Below, piece by piece: positions 1 through 9,597 of a DNA stretch of 64,000 nt. The notes under the pieces were generated by a model. The model made no database searches, was not told the origin of the DNA, and worked only from the letters and a program-made list of their open reading frames with translations. The DNA lies in assembly GCA_016784125.1 (NCBI GenBank), contig JADHVI010000003.1, positions 7,241 through 71,240 of the forward strand, given 5' to 3'. Both the position numbers and the translations under genes were made by a program. This stretch comes from Candidatus Woesearchaeota archaeon (GTDB lineage: Archaea; Nanobdellota; Nanobdellia; Woesearchaeales; GCA-2686295). The stretch's first letter is position 1. Each line of letters begins with the position of its first letter.

Positions 1-212
1 TTTACAAGGCAAAGTCTGATGTTATCAAAGCAGTTTCCAATTTTTGTTATGTTTATGACAAACCACAAAGATATATGGCTGCAGGAGAATTCTTGGCGAA
101 CGCTATTTACTCTATGGAAAAACTCAGAGGGTATTATACTTCTACGCATGATAGGATTTCTTTAAGTCATCTAAGAGCTGGTTTAGAAGGATTGATTCTC
201 TCTTTGGCTTAA
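1..212 (+). CDS. 3' end of an upstream gene (partial, reading frame 3, 69 codons, stop TAA 210-212); product unknown
   Basis: Open frame from window edge to TAA with no internal stops; overlaps the stop of the convergent minus-strand gene by 4 nt. Confidence 0.35.
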   Translation, partial: YKAKSDVIKAVSNFCYVYDKPQRYMAAGEFLANAIYSMEKLRGYYTSTHDRISLSHLRAGLEGLILSLA

Positions 213-808
213 TTTTTCTTCAGTGCCGTCGCCACCAACGAATCCATGTATGGTTTCAGCTTTGGTATGTACACTTCTAATTCTTTATTGTTTTTTGTGT
301 CAAAAATTATGTATATATCGTTTCCTACTTCGGGTATTTCTGACCTTAATTCTTCTAGCTCGTCTTTGTTGAATAATATTGAGAAGTTTGATTCAAAGAT
401 TCTTTTTTTGGAATCTTGAAACTCGTAGTATACGTTCAATTTTATTTTGAGTCCTCTGTCTTCTGGCTTTATGGATTCGTATGTTGCAGTCACATTTTTC
501 AAATATTTAATCTTTGCTGTGATGCACTCAATTTTTTTCTCTATGCTCTTCTTTGTTTTCAATCCTAAAAATCCTGTGATGCCTATGAGTACGATTAACG
601 CTAGTATGTTGAATAATGAGTGGTTGCTCACGAGTATTATTGCTATGAGGCTGAATAGAAATATTACAAAGCAAACTAATGTGCCAATACCAAACGCTAT
701 GGTTAAATTTAGCTTCTTCTTGCCTTCGTATGCTTTTACTCTTTCCTCTGGTGGTTTAGGAAATACCTTTAGAGTTATGTCACTTCCCACCTCTTTTTGT
801 TCTTCCAT
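209..808 (-). CDS. hypothetical membrane protein (two predicted TM helices near the N-terminus)
   Basis: 199-aa ORF with hydrophobic stretch FGIGTLVCFVIFLFSLIAIILV...LALIVLIGITGFLGL; no recognisable catalytic motif. Confidence 0.5.
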   Translation of the reverse strand: MEEQKEVGSDITLKVFPKPPEERVKAYEGKKKLNLTIAFGIGTLVCFVIFLFSLIAIILVSNHSLFNILALIVLIGITGFLGLKTKKSIEKKIECITAKIKYLKNVTATYESIKPEDRGLKIKLNVYYEFQDSKKRIFESNFSILFNKDELEELRSEIPEVGNDIYIIFDTKNNKELEVYIPKLKPYMDSLVATALKKN

Positions 809-809
809 T

Positions 810-1703
810 TTAAATTCTGGTTGAATAGTATGGTCCGTACAAATTGCCTATAGTTCTGATTGCTGACATCAAATTGTATATTATTAGCAATTCTTTGTTG
901 TCGGCTTTTTTAAATTTTTCTTTGTTTTTTAATTCCTTTTTTTTCTGCAAAAATCTGTTTATGTTATCCTTTTCGAATTTGTAGAATAATGCGTGGAACA
1001 TTTTTAAGAACTCATTTGTTTCTTGGAATAATTTGATTGTTTCCTGACTCATAGTTGTTTTCTCCTCGTATGCGTGTTTGATGATCTCTTCATAATAATC
1101 CCCTATTTTTTCCAGATCTCGTATTATGACATAGTAGAACTGTGTTTTCAAGCTGTCTTTATATCCTATTTTGTTTAGTATTCTTTTGCAAAAGTCTGTA
1201 AATTTGTCTATACTATTTTCCATTGTCAGTAAATCTTTTAATCGGATATACTCTTTTTTTTCGATTGCTTCCAAACTGCTCTTAGCTATTTCTTCCAATA
1301 AGAAAAACGTTCTTCTCAAGATTGTTTCAAATTCTTCTTCTAGCGTCGCTGAAACGTTTTTTATTTCTAAATATTTCTCGCCTTGATCAATTATTTCATA
1401 CCCCATCAAAGAAGGGATTTTTTCTTGTATTTTTTGATATACCTTGCTGTCTTTGTAGTTAACTCTGATTTCATCCACTCCTGCTTGGTACAAATATGCG
1501 ATGTATAATGGATCATAGTTTTCATCTGCATCAATTATTATTTTGTCTGATTTCTTTACTTTATTTGTTGAAACTATTATTCTTCTTTCTTGCTCTTCTA
1601 TTTCTAGTTCGTCGCCTTTGATGACATTATTTGCTTTTACCCATTTACTGGGTAGGCTAATGACAATTGTTTTGCCTGCTAATTGTATTGCTTTTCTTTG
1701 CAT
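810..1703 (-). CDS. SpoVT/AbrB-domain plus PhoU-like putative regulator
   Basis: N-terminus MQRKAIQLAGKTIVISLPSKWVKANNVIKGDELEI resembles an AbrB swapped-hairpin; remainder is helical and PhoU-like (archaeal COG0704 architecture); 4-nt overlap with downstream gene. Confidence 0.45.
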   Translation of the reverse strand: MQRKAIQLAGKTIVISLPSKWVKANNVIKGDELEIEEQERRIIVSTNKVKKSDKIIIDADENYDPLYIAYLYQAGVDEIRVNYKDSKVYQKIQEKIPSLMGYEIIDQGEKYLEIKNVSATLEEEFETILRRTFFLLEEIAKSSLEAIEKKEYIRLKDLLTMENSIDKFTDFCKRILNKIGYKDSLKTQFYYVIIRDLEKIGDYYEEIIKHAYEEKTTMSQETIKLFQETNEFLKMFHALFYKFEKDNINRFLQKKKELKNKEKFKKADNKELLIIYNLMSAIRTIGNLYGPYYSTRI

Positions 1704-1864
1704 GGCATTCCAATAGTTGTTTTATTATATAAATATTTCGTTAGTATATAATTATATATCTATATATAAGTTATTAGGATAAATTATATAATTTTATTTC
1801 TGGAGATACATATTGTTTTTCCGAAATTGATGAAACATATTTGGGAAATCCGGAGGTAAATCAA

Positions 1865-2326
1865 ATGGATAAAAAAGATATAAAATTTTTGACGCACTTA
1901 AGAAACAATGCAAGGGAAACATTAACTATGATAAGCAAGAAAACAGGTATTCCGATATCAACGCTTTATGATAGGTTGAAAGTACACGAACAAAGTTTAA
2001 TCACGAAGCACACAGCTTTGATAGATTTTGCAAAGCTTGGATATCTTTGCAGAGCTCACATAGCCGTTAAGGTAACCATAGATGAGCGAGAAGTAATAAA
2101 AGAGTATCTTATGAAGCAGAACTGCGTGAACTCATTGTACAAGATTAACAATGGCTATGACTATCTTATTGAAGGGGTATTTGTGCATGTAAAGGAGATG
2201 GAAGACTTCTTAGAAAGATTTGAACAGAAATTCAAAGTTTTAGAAAAGAATGTACATTATATCATAGAAGATGTTAAAAGAGAAAGTTTCATGACGGATG
2301 TTAATGCTGTTTTGTCCAATGTATGA
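1865..2326 (+). CDS. Lrp/AsnC family transcriptional regulator
   Basis: MDKKDIKFLTHLRNNARETLTMISKKTGIPISTLYDRLK is a classic Lrp HTH; C-terminal RAM-like domain; GGAGG RBS 8 nt upstream of ATG 1865 (ORF-track start at 1841 is a TTG). Confidence 0.7.
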   Translation: MDKKDIKFLTHLRNNARETLTMISKKTGIPISTLYDRLKVHEQSLITKHTALIDFAKLGYLCRAHIAVKVTIDEREVIKEYLMKQNCVNSLYKINNGYDYLIEGVFVHVKEMEDFLERFEQKFKVLEKNVHYIIEDVKRESFMTDVNAVLSNV

Positions 2327-3059
2327 CTCTTTTTTCAATCAAAGAAGCTACTTTGTTCAAAGCATATCCGAATATTCCTGTGATAATAATTAATGCATAC
2401 ATTTTTGGAATCTCATATGCGAGATGAGCATTGATGATTGCGTTGCCCAATCCATTGACGGATCCAATGAACATCTCAGTAACAATTATTAGAATAATGC
2501 AAAGTGAAATTGCAATTCTTATGCCTGAAAAAATGTGTGGCAATGAGCCATAGAAAATGATGTTCTTGAAAAAGTATGGTTTTGGAATGTTGTAAACTTT
2601 TGCCATGTTAAAATATGATTTGTTGAGATGTCGAACTCCATAGGATGTATTTACGAGTATAATTGTGGTAGTTAGCCATGCAGCCAAAGCAATTTTTGCA
2701 GTGTCGCCTATGCCAAAAAACAGCATTGTTAGGGGAAAAAGTGCAGTCACAGGTATGGATCTGAGAAAGTCAATGATGAATTCTAGTGAATCATAGAGTT
2801 TTTTGAAATATCCAATAGCTAATCCTGCTGGAATACCAATAACTAGACTTATGGCAATTCCAATTAACACTCTGTAAAATGTTAACCCCATATCTGACAA
2901 TGTTTCTTGTAGGATAATAATTCTAAAAAATTCTGTTCCAACCAACAATGGATTTGGAAACATCAATGGATTGAAAACTTTGCAGTAATAGATGAGTGTT
3001 CCAACTAAAAAAAACAGTCCTGGAATTAGTACATATCTAATTACTCTTTTATAATTCAT
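2301..3059 (-). CDS. ABC transporter permease (NitT/TauT sulfonate/nitrate/taurine family)
   Basis: Six-TM BPD-transporter topology with an EAA-like loop; overlaps the ATPase gene by 4 nt (operon). Confidence 0.75.
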   Translation of the reverse strand: MNYKRVIRYVLIPGLFFLVGTLIYYCKVFNPLMFPNPLLVGTEFFRIIILQETLSDMGLTFYRVLIGIAISLVIGIPAGLAIGYFKKLYDSLEFIIDFLRSIPVTALFPLTMLFFGIGDTAKIALAAWLTTTIILVNTSYGVRHLNKSYFNMAKVYNIPKPYFFKNIIFYGSLPHIFSGIRIAISLCIILIIVTEMFIGSVNGLGNAIINAHLAYEIPKMYALIIITGIFGYALNKVASLIEKRVIHWTKQH

Positions 3060-3769
3060 AGTACGCGTCCTCTTTTAATTGTGTGCAGAACCTCCCGGTG
3101 GTATTTATTGAAATGAGGCAATGTTCCTTTGCTTCTGGGATTGTCAATCTTAATGATGTTCAATATTTTGGCGGGTCTTTCACTTAAGATGATTATTCTA
3201 TCAGACATCATTACTGCATCCTCAATATTATGAGATATCATGATTGTAGTGGGTCTTTTTTCCTTCCACATCTCTAGGAGATATTTCAGAACATTTGTTT
3301 TCATATAATGATCTAGCGACGAAAATGGTTCATCCAATAGGAACAGTTCGGAGTCATAGACAAAAGCTCTTGAAATAGCTAACAACTGCTTCATGCCACC
3401 ACTTAGTTCATAAGGGTAATTCTTCCTGAACTTCCACAAATCAACCTTTTGAAGAATTGTTTTTACTTTCTTAGAACTAATTTTTTTACCTAGAGAAGTG
3501 TTTTCTAAGACAGTTTTCCAAGGAAGCATTGAGTCATCAGAGTTTTGGAAAATAAAGCTCTTCCTAATGTTTTCCTTGGAATACTTGATATGACCTAGGT
3601 AGTGGTCATCTAAACCTGATAATATTTTCAAAAGAGTGGTTTTGCCACAACCATTCGGGCCTATGATTGAAATGAATTCACCTTTCTTAATGGAAAGGTT
3701 TATTCCTTTCAAAACAGCGTTTTTTGAGAATCTCTTTGAAAGATTCTTTACCTCTATCATTTTCACCAC
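3056..3769 (-). CDS. ABC transporter ATP-binding protein
   Basis: Walker A GPNGCGKTT, ABC signature LSGGMKQ, Walker B LFLLDEPFSSLD. Confidence 0.85.
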   Translation of the reverse strand: MVKMIEVKNLSKRFSKNAVLKGINLSIKKGEFISIIGPNGCGKTTLLKILSGLDDHYLGHIKYSKENIRKSFIFQNSDDSMLPWKTVLENTSLGKKISSKKVKTILQKVDLWKFRKNYPYELSGGMKQLLAISRAFVYDSELFLLDEPFSSLDHYMKTNVLKYLLEMWKEKRPTTIMISHNIEDAVMMSDRIIILSERPAKILNIIKIDNPRSKGTLPHFNKYHREVLHTIKRGRVL

Positions 3770-3773
3770 TCAT

Positions 3774-4757
3774 TTATATCAATAATCCTTCAACTTCAAC
3801 TGATTCGCTGAGAAACTCCTCTGCATATAGTTTATCTGCTAGTTCTTGCACTTTGTCGGAATCGATCTTATCTGAACGAAAATATTTGCAAACTGGCAGT
3901 CTTGACTCTAGTTCGTCATCTGCAGGTGTGAATTCAGAGTAATACTCTCGAGCTTCATCATGGTTGCTGTTAATGAAGTCTATGGCTTTGTTTACTGCAT
4001 TGATGATTTTCTGAGCTGTTTCTGGATTATCATCAATAAATTTTGTCGACATGACACTCGTTTCCCATAGCATGTCTTCCATGAAGTAGTTTCCAATTGG
4101 ACTGTCAACCAGTACTATTCCAATTCCTTTTGCTTCTGCTAGGCTGACAAGCGGTTCCATAACAAATACTGCGTCTGCACTGCCTGATGCTAGAACATTT
4201 ATTTGTTCTGATGGGTTGGTTTGTATGATATCTACTTTTCCTGTTAGTCCCTCTTTTTCGAGCATTATATTCATCCACCTTACTCCTGTTGAACCTGGAA
4301 ATGAGGAAATTGTTTTGCCTTCCAGATCTTGAATGTTCTCTATACCTGAATCTATACCTACAATCAATGCATCAAAATCCTTACTAAGCATTCCTTGACT
4401 GAATATTTTTAGGAGGCCAGGTGTTTTTGTTTCAATTATCATAGGAATCAACACATTTACTCCTCCAACTCCCGCATCTAGATTTCCATTTATGACTGCT
4501 TCCACGAGCTGATTTGTTGATTGGAACGGTATAAGTTTTGCATCCAATCCTTCTTCTACGAAGAAACCTTCTGCTTCTGCTACATATGCTGGCAAGTATA
4601 GTAAATGCTCTCTATATCCTATATTTACATTTTCTAAGGCTTTTGCAGTAACTTGTCCTGTTACAGAGTTGTTCTCATTGTCCATCCAAAACAAACCTAT
4701 GCTGGCAACTGCCAGTAATATAACAGTTATGCCAATGATTAAACTAATTTTTTTCAT
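3774..4757 (-). CDS. ABC transporter substrate-binding protein (NMT1/SsuA-like) with N-terminal signal anchor
   Basis: N-terminal hydrophobic helix MKKISLIIGITVILLAVASIGLF; periplasmic-binding-protein-like fold; first gene of the three-gene transporter operon. Confidence 0.65.
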   Translation of the reverse strand: MKKISLIIGITVILLAVASIGLFWMDNENNSVTGQVTAKALENVNIGYREHLLYLPAYVAEAEGFFVEEGLDAKLIPFQSTNQLVEAVINGNLDAGVGGVNVLIPMIIETKTPGLLKIFSQGMLSKDFDALIVGIDSGIENIQDLEGKTISSFPGSTGVRWMNIMLEKEGLTGKVDIIQTNPSEQINVLASGSADAVFVMEPLVSLAEAKGIGIVLVDSPIGNYFMEDMLWETSVMSTKFIDDNPETAQKIINAVNKAIDFINSNHDEAREYYSEFTPADDELESRLPVCKYFRSDKIDSDKVQELADKLYAEEFLSESVEVEGLLI

Positions 4758-4865
4758 ATCACATCACCAACTGGTGACAAAACAATATTTTATATTAAGT
4801 CTTGTTATAATTATATATTATAACAATACGTAAATTTTAAATAGTTCTTTAGTTTAACTAAAGGC

Positions 4866-5597
4866 ATGGACCTCTCGATACTATCAAAAATAGGCTTAAC
4901 GAATAACGAAGTAAAGGTATATCTAAATCTGTTAAAATTGGGTTCTATTCCTGCAGGGGTATTAATCAAGAAGGTTGAATTGCATAGAACATGCGTATAT
5001 GATACTCTAGAACGATTAATTGAGAAAGGAATTATTTCCTACGTTATTATTTCCAACGTTAAATACTTTGAAGCAGTCAATCCTGCTCAGCTTTTGAATT
5101 ATTTAGATCACAAAAAAGACGAGATTGACGACTATAAGAAAGAAGTTGAAAAAATATTGCCCGAGCTAGAAGTTAAGAGGAAATTATCTAAAGAAAAGCA
5201 AGAAGCCAGCATATTCAAAGGCAAAAAAGGTTTGAAATCAATATTTCAAGACACTCTTCGAGCTGGAAAGACAATGTATGTTTTTGGTGCTCAAGGAAAG
5301 TTTAGGGATATATTTCCAATTTATTATCACTTTTTTCACAGAAATAGGGATTTCAAGATGAACATTATTTACACAGAAGATGTTCGAAGCAAACAAAGAG
5401 AAAAAGAATTAAAATTAATAGAGCAAAGATTTATCCCAAATGAATTTGATTCTCCTGCAACTACTTGGATTTATGACGATAAAGTGGCAATTGTCGTTTG
5501 GGAAGATCAACCAATCGCAACTCTAATTAGAAGTGAACAAGTAGCAAAAGCGTACAAGAATAATTTTGACTTACTATGGAATATTGCTAAGAAATAA
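4866..5597 (+). CDS. TrmB-family transcriptional regulator
   Basis: N-terminus LGLTNNEVKVYLNLLKLGSIPAGVLIKKVELHRTCVYDTLERLIEKGII matches the TrmB wHTH; C-terminal effector-like domain. Confidence 0.55.
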   Translation: MDLSILSKIGLTNNEVKVYLNLLKLGSIPAGVLIKKVELHRTCVYDTLERLIEKGIISYVIISNVKYFEAVNPAQLLNYLDHKKDEIDDYKKEVEKILPELEVKRKLSKEKQEASIFKGKKGLKSIFQDTLRAGKTMYVFGAQGKFRDIFPIYYHFFHRNRDFKMNIIYTEDVRSKQREKELKLIEQRFIPNEFDSPATTWIYDDKVAIVVWEDQPIATLIRSEQVAKAYKNNFDLLWNIAKK

Positions 5598-5645
5598 TTT
5601 CTTTTTCTAAAAAAATTGTATTCTCATCTCTTAAAAAAAAACAAT

Positions 5646-5694
5646 GGCCTTCACGTTTGGGGGATCATTGGGGGTGATGCAACACGGTGAAGGC
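5646..5694. terminator. GC-rich hairpin between convergent genes (9-bp stem GGCCTTCAC/GTGAAGGCC, ~31-nt loop with two TTGGGGG repeats)
   Basis: Perfect inverted repeat seen directly; sits between the stop of the TrmB-like gene and the stop of ftsZ; GC-rich in an AT-rich background. Confidence 0.3.
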
Positions 5695-5747
5695 CAAGAA
5701 AGAAGTATGACCTAAAAAAAATTATTAAAATTATTTAGTAAGGTTGT

Positions 5748-6821
5748 TTACCTTACTATTTCGATTCCTAGTTCATCAGACATTGCTTGTTGTCTTGCAA
5801 CTGATTCTTTGCCTGTCAACTTGCCTAGTATCCAAGGGCTCTTCACTCCTGTGATAATTGTCATCACTGTAATCTTACCCTTCATGTTTTCGAGCACTCT
5901 GGCTCCCCAGATAACGTTGGCATCATCATCCATACTCTCTGTTACTAGCTCTCCTACTCTGCTAATCTCATCTAGAGTCATGTCTGGTCCGCCTGATACG
6001 TGTATAATTGCGCCTGTTGCGCCTTCATAGCTAATATCTAGCAATGGGTTACTAAGAGCTCCTTTTACTGCTTCTTCTACTTTGTTGTTTGTGTCACTTG
6101 CTCCTACTCCTATTGCTGCTACTCCGCCATCAGTCATGATGGTTTTAACATCTGCGTAGTCCAGGTTCACTAGGGATGGTATTGCGATGGTTTCGACAAT
6201 TCCCTTAATCATTGTCGCTATTAGTTCGTTCGCTACTGCAAATGCTTGCTGCACTGGTAAGTTTCCTGCGATTTGCACTAATCTGTTGTTGTCTATAACT
6301 ATCACTGTATCTGATTGTTGTCTCAGTTGTTGAAGTCCAAACTCTGCTTTGTCAACTCTGGCCCTTTCAATGTTGAAAGGCATTGTCACTGTTCCGATCA
6401 CTATCGCTCCTGCGTCTTTGGCAACATTTGCAATCACTGGCGAAGCCCCTGTTCCGGTACCGCCACCCATGCCTGCGCAAACAAACACCATGTCGGAACC
6501 CTTCAAGGCTTCCTTTACTTCTTGCAAACTCTCTTGTGCAGCTTCCGCACCTCTTTCCGGGAATCCTCCGCATCCTAGTCCTTTAGTAACATCTCTCCCT
6601 ATCAAGAACTTTCTGTCCGCTTCAATAACATTAAGATGTTGCTGATCTGTATTGCAACCTAGTATCTCGGCTCCTTTGATACCTTTCTTATAGAGCCAAT
6701 TAATCATATTGTTTCCGGCTCCGCCTACACCCATAACTTTGATGTTAGCTTGTCCAACATCATATTCATAGTTCATTGTTGTTTTCTCTTGTTTCACTGC
6801 ATTGTCTACTACAAAGTCCAT
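5748..6821 (-). CDS. ftsZ: cell division protein FtsZ
   Basis: Tubulin/FtsZ signature GGGTGTGASPVIA; N-terminal GAGNNMINWLYKKGIKGAEILGCNTD; GAGGGGG RBS upstream. Confidence 0.92.
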   Translation of the reverse strand: MDFVVDNAVKQEKTTMNYEYDVGQANIKVMGVGGAGNNMINWLYKKGIKGAEILGCNTDQQHLNVIEADRKFLIGRDVTKGLGCGGFPERGAEAAQESLQEVKEALKGSDMVFVCAGMGGGTGTGASPVIANVAKDAGAIVIGTVTMPFNIERARVDKAEFGLQQLRQQSDTVIVIDNNRLVQIAGNLPVQQAFAVANELIATMIKGIVETIAIPSLVNLDYADVKTIMTDGGVAAIGVGASDTNNKVEEAVKGALSNPLLDISYEGATGAIIHVSGGPDMTLDEISRVGELVTESMDDDANVIWGARVLENMKGKITVMTIITGVKSPWILGKLTGKESVARQQAMSDELGIEIVR

Positions 6822-7086
6822 TTTCTGTTACCCCCTCTTCGGTTTTTTTCCATTTTAGTTTTTTGTATTTATTTTATATGCTTGGATATATACTTTGGAG
6901 TATCAAAAAATTTATATCTAACCCTAGGTATAATCACTACTAGAAGTTAGAATTTTTTTGCCAAACGATTCAAACTTATTCGCCAAAATCAGTTTGAATG
7001 TGTCCTCGCCGGAAAACCCAATTAATATATAGTTCTCCATACTGGTATTTAAATATTTCCAATCTCTAGACTATACTTTAGAAACT

Positions 7087-7620
7087 CTACTTTTGAAACA
7101 ACACTGTTCTGCGGCCCGGAAATAGCCCCATTTCAGACATCTTATTTAACTGATCTGGTTCTAATGTTAAATCTATAATGGTGAATCCGTAACGTTCTTT
7201 GATATCTATTACTGAGCGTTTTATTTGTTCTACTGGGATGTTGTGTCCTATCAAAAGAACGTTTGCTTTTTCCTTCTCTTCCCTGCCATGCAAGATGGCT
7301 TGCTCGACCTCTGTTATAGTCGTCATTTGTTCTACGAAATCGTTTAAAGCTGACTTCTTTTGTGCTACTAAATCTTGTAAGAATTCGGTGTTCTTTGTTT
7401 TGTTTAAATGGTATAGTTTAAACTTCTTAATCTTGTTTTCTTTTAGTATTTCAAGATCTTTTAATTTATTGATTATGCGGAAACAAGTAGCTACTGGGGT
7501 TTTAGTCTTTTTGGCGATTTCACGGATGTAGAATTCTTCTTCCGGGTTGTCAAAAAAGAAGTTCATAACTCTGAGCTTCTTCTCATCGAACAGTTTCCCC
7601 AGCAGTTCTATTGTTTCCAT
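7087..7620 (-). CDS. putative winged-helix transcriptional regulator
   Basis: N-terminus FYIREIAKKTKTPVATCFRIINKLKDLEIL is HTH-like; C-terminal domain unknown. Confidence 0.35.
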   Translation of the reverse strand: METIELLGKLFDEKKLRVMNFFFDNPEEEFYIREIAKKTKTPVATCFRIINKLKDLEILKENKIKKFKLYHLNKTKNTEFLQDLVAQKKSALNDFVEQMTTITEVEQAILHGREEKEKANVLLIGHNIPVEQIKRSVIDIKERYGFTIIDLTLEPDQLNKMSEMGLFPGRRTVLFQK

Positions 7621-7654
7621 CTAGCCTCTATAAAACACATCTAATATTTAAAGC

Positions 7655-7689
7655 TTTTCATTTTTGGAACGTTGTTTCATTTTTGGAAC
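7655..7689. promoter_or_regulatory. two direct copies of TTTCATTTTTGGAAC, 19 bp centre-to-centre, in a divergent intergenic region
   Basis: Exact 15-nt direct repeat at 7656-7670 and 7675-7689, between the regulator gene (minus) and the 7748 gene (plus); a TATA-like TTTAAATATTAG lies on the minus strand at 7641-7652. Confidence 0.3.
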
Positions 7690-7747
7690 ACTTGTTTTTT
7701 TGAGAAAAGTTGAATAGATTTATATTATTGCTAAACTTACTGTTATT

Positions 7748-8281
7748 ATGTCATGGGAAACAATCAATAGACCAGGTCAAACAGGTAGTAATAAACAAGT
7801 GTTGTTTGCTCAATATGATGCAAAATTTGGTAATAATAATTGGAGGTTGGCTTGGACTTGGGGAAATCAATTCTTAGATTTCTTAGGGGTTTGTCAGATC
7901 TATGAAGATGGATATTATCATGATTCTTTTGAAAGAGAAGCTGTATGGCAAGAACTCTTAATGACTGCATCCGAAGTATGGGATATTCAAGAAAATGATG
8001 TACAATCAGGATTAGATTATACTATTCAAACTGGCCCTGCTAATCATTTGCAAGATATTGCTGTAAGAAATGTAATACAAAGACGAGGATGGGAGTTTCA
8101 AGGAGATGAATTGATTAGAATAAGAAAACATGAAGACTACTGGGGAGCACTCATGAGTCCTGGATTAATCCCTTTTCATCAACCAGATTTAATAGTCCAA
8201 CCATTGCTGGAAGGTTGGTGGAAACCACATACCATCGAAGATTTCTATCAAAGTAATAAAGTATTGCAAGCTAGAAAGTGA
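7748..8281 (+). CDS. hypothetical Trp-rich protein
   Basis: 177-aa ORF with clean ATG; 11 Trp residues; no recognisable motif. Confidence 0.45.
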   Translation: MSWETINRPGQTGSNKQVLFAQYDAKFGNNNWRLAWTWGNQFLDFLGVCQIYEDGYYHDSFEREAVWQELLMTASEVWDIQENDVQSGLDYTIQTGPANHLQDIAVRNVIQRRGWEFQGDELIRIRKHEDYWGALMSPGLIPFHQPDLIVQPLLEGWWKPHTIEDFYQSNKVLQARK

Positions 8282-8885
8282 GTCCTAAAGCAGAAAGATC
8301 TTGTTTTAACTGAGAAAGAGACTGGTAATGAATTGCTTGAAAACCTAGTTCTTTTGCTGCTTCAACGTTTTCTATTTGATTATCAATGTATATACTTTCT
8401 TCTGCTTTGATGTCAGCATTTTTTAGAACGAATTCATATATATCTTTGTTTGGCTTAGCCATACCAAGTAATGCAGAACAATAAATTTTATCAAATAATT
8501 TATCTAGCTTGAACTTATCAAGTTTAAGCTTTATGCCGCTCTTTGTTTCATTTGCTATTGCCAATAAAGGATATTGCTTTTTTAGATTCTTAATGAAGCT
8601 ATAGACCTCTTGATCCATAATTATCTTAGAGTCATATAAAGCTTTGACTTCTGCTGGAGTAGCGTCGGTTGTGATGTGTTCGTAGAATTCGTTCCAGAAA
8701 GTATCAATATCAGTCCTACCAAACTTAGCGTCAGGCCAGTATTTAGACCATATCTCTTTTGATTTTTCTCTTGTGATGCCTGCTAATTCGAGAACATCTG
8801 TAAAATCAGCCAGATTATTCAAATAATAAATAACTGCGTCAGAGACGAGAACCTCGCCTAAATCAAATATGATTGTTTTAATCAT
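8271..8885 (-). CDS. HAD-superfamily hydrolase
   Basis: Motif I MIKTIIFDLGEVL (DxG variant of the DxD motif); tandem paralog of the next gene; GGAGG RBS. Confidence 0.65.
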   Translation of the reverse strand: MIKTIIFDLGEVLVSDAVIYYLNNLADFTDVLELAGITREKSKEIWSKYWPDAKFGRTDIDTFWNEFYEHITTDATPAEVKALYDSKIIMDQEVYSFIKNLKKQYPLLAIANETKSGIKLKLDKFKLDKLFDKIYCSALLGMAKPNKDIYEFVLKNADIKAEESIYIDNQIENVEAAKELGFQAIHYQSLSQLKQDLSALGLTF

Positions 8886-8920
8886 AATTTTCCTCCTGAA
8901 AATTATGGTATTCCAAAAAA

Positions 8921-9541
8921 CTATTTTTTGTAATAATCAATCTTAACACCTAATGCTTTCAAGTCTTCTTTAAGTTGTGAAACAGATTTGAAATGTATTC
9001 CTTTAATTCCAAGTGAATTTGCAGCAATAATGTTCTCTTTCATGTCATCTGTGAAAATACATTCTTCATATTTTACATTTAATTCTTCACAAACTATATC
9101 GAAATTCTTTTTTGATGGTTTTAACGAGCCAATATAACAAGAAAATATTTCCTTAGTAAATAAATCTCTAACACCCCATTGCGTAAGTATATTGGTTGAC
9201 ATATTATTAGTGTTTGACAAAAGAACTAATCTATACTCCTTGCTTAGTATTTCTAATAGTTCTTTCATACCGTCAAGTAAGTATGATATATTTAATCCAT
9301 CTTCAACGGTTTTAATGAAAAAAGCAATGTTTTCTTTTGTTATTGGAACTTTGAAAAATTTAAGGAAACTTTCTGCCATTGCCTCGTTAGTTTTCCAATC
9401 ATGTAATTGTATGGATTCTTCATATAGTCTTATGAAATTAGAAGTTTTTTTAATATTAAAATGCTTTCTCAGTGTTGATGATAAACCTATCTTTTTTGAA
9501 CCTAAAGTTCCCCATAAGTCAAATATAATCGCTTTAATCAT
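8921..9541 (-). CDS. HAD-superfamily hydrolase (tandem paralog)
   Basis: Motif I MIKAIIFDLWGTL; C-terminus ...SQLKEDLKALG similar to the paralog; upstream ~65 bp nearly identical to the paralog's upstream region. Confidence 0.65.
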   Translation of the reverse strand: MIKAIIFDLWGTLGSKKIGLSSTLRKHFNIKKTSNFIRLYEESIQLHDWKTNEAMAESFLKFFKVPITKENIAFFIKTVEDGLNISYLLDGMKELLEILSKEYRLVLLSNTNNMSTNILTQWGVRDLFTKEIFSCYIGSLKPSKKNFDIVCEELNVKYEECIFTDDMKENIIAANSLGIKGIHFKSVSQLKEDLKALGVKIDYYKK

Positions 9542-9597
9542 AATTTTTCTCCTGAAAATTATGGTATTCCAAAAAATTCTTTTTTGTAATGATCATC

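Noticed and set aside
5646-5694. C/D box sRNA
   Set aside because: No UGAUGA/CUGA box pairs; only a simple stem-loop
6315-6645. Cluster of overlapping plus- and minus-strand ORFs (67-98 aa) inside ftsZ
   Set aside because: All are antisense or out-of-frame within the well-supported ftsZ CDS; they arise from the locally higher GC content of ftsZ, not from separate genes
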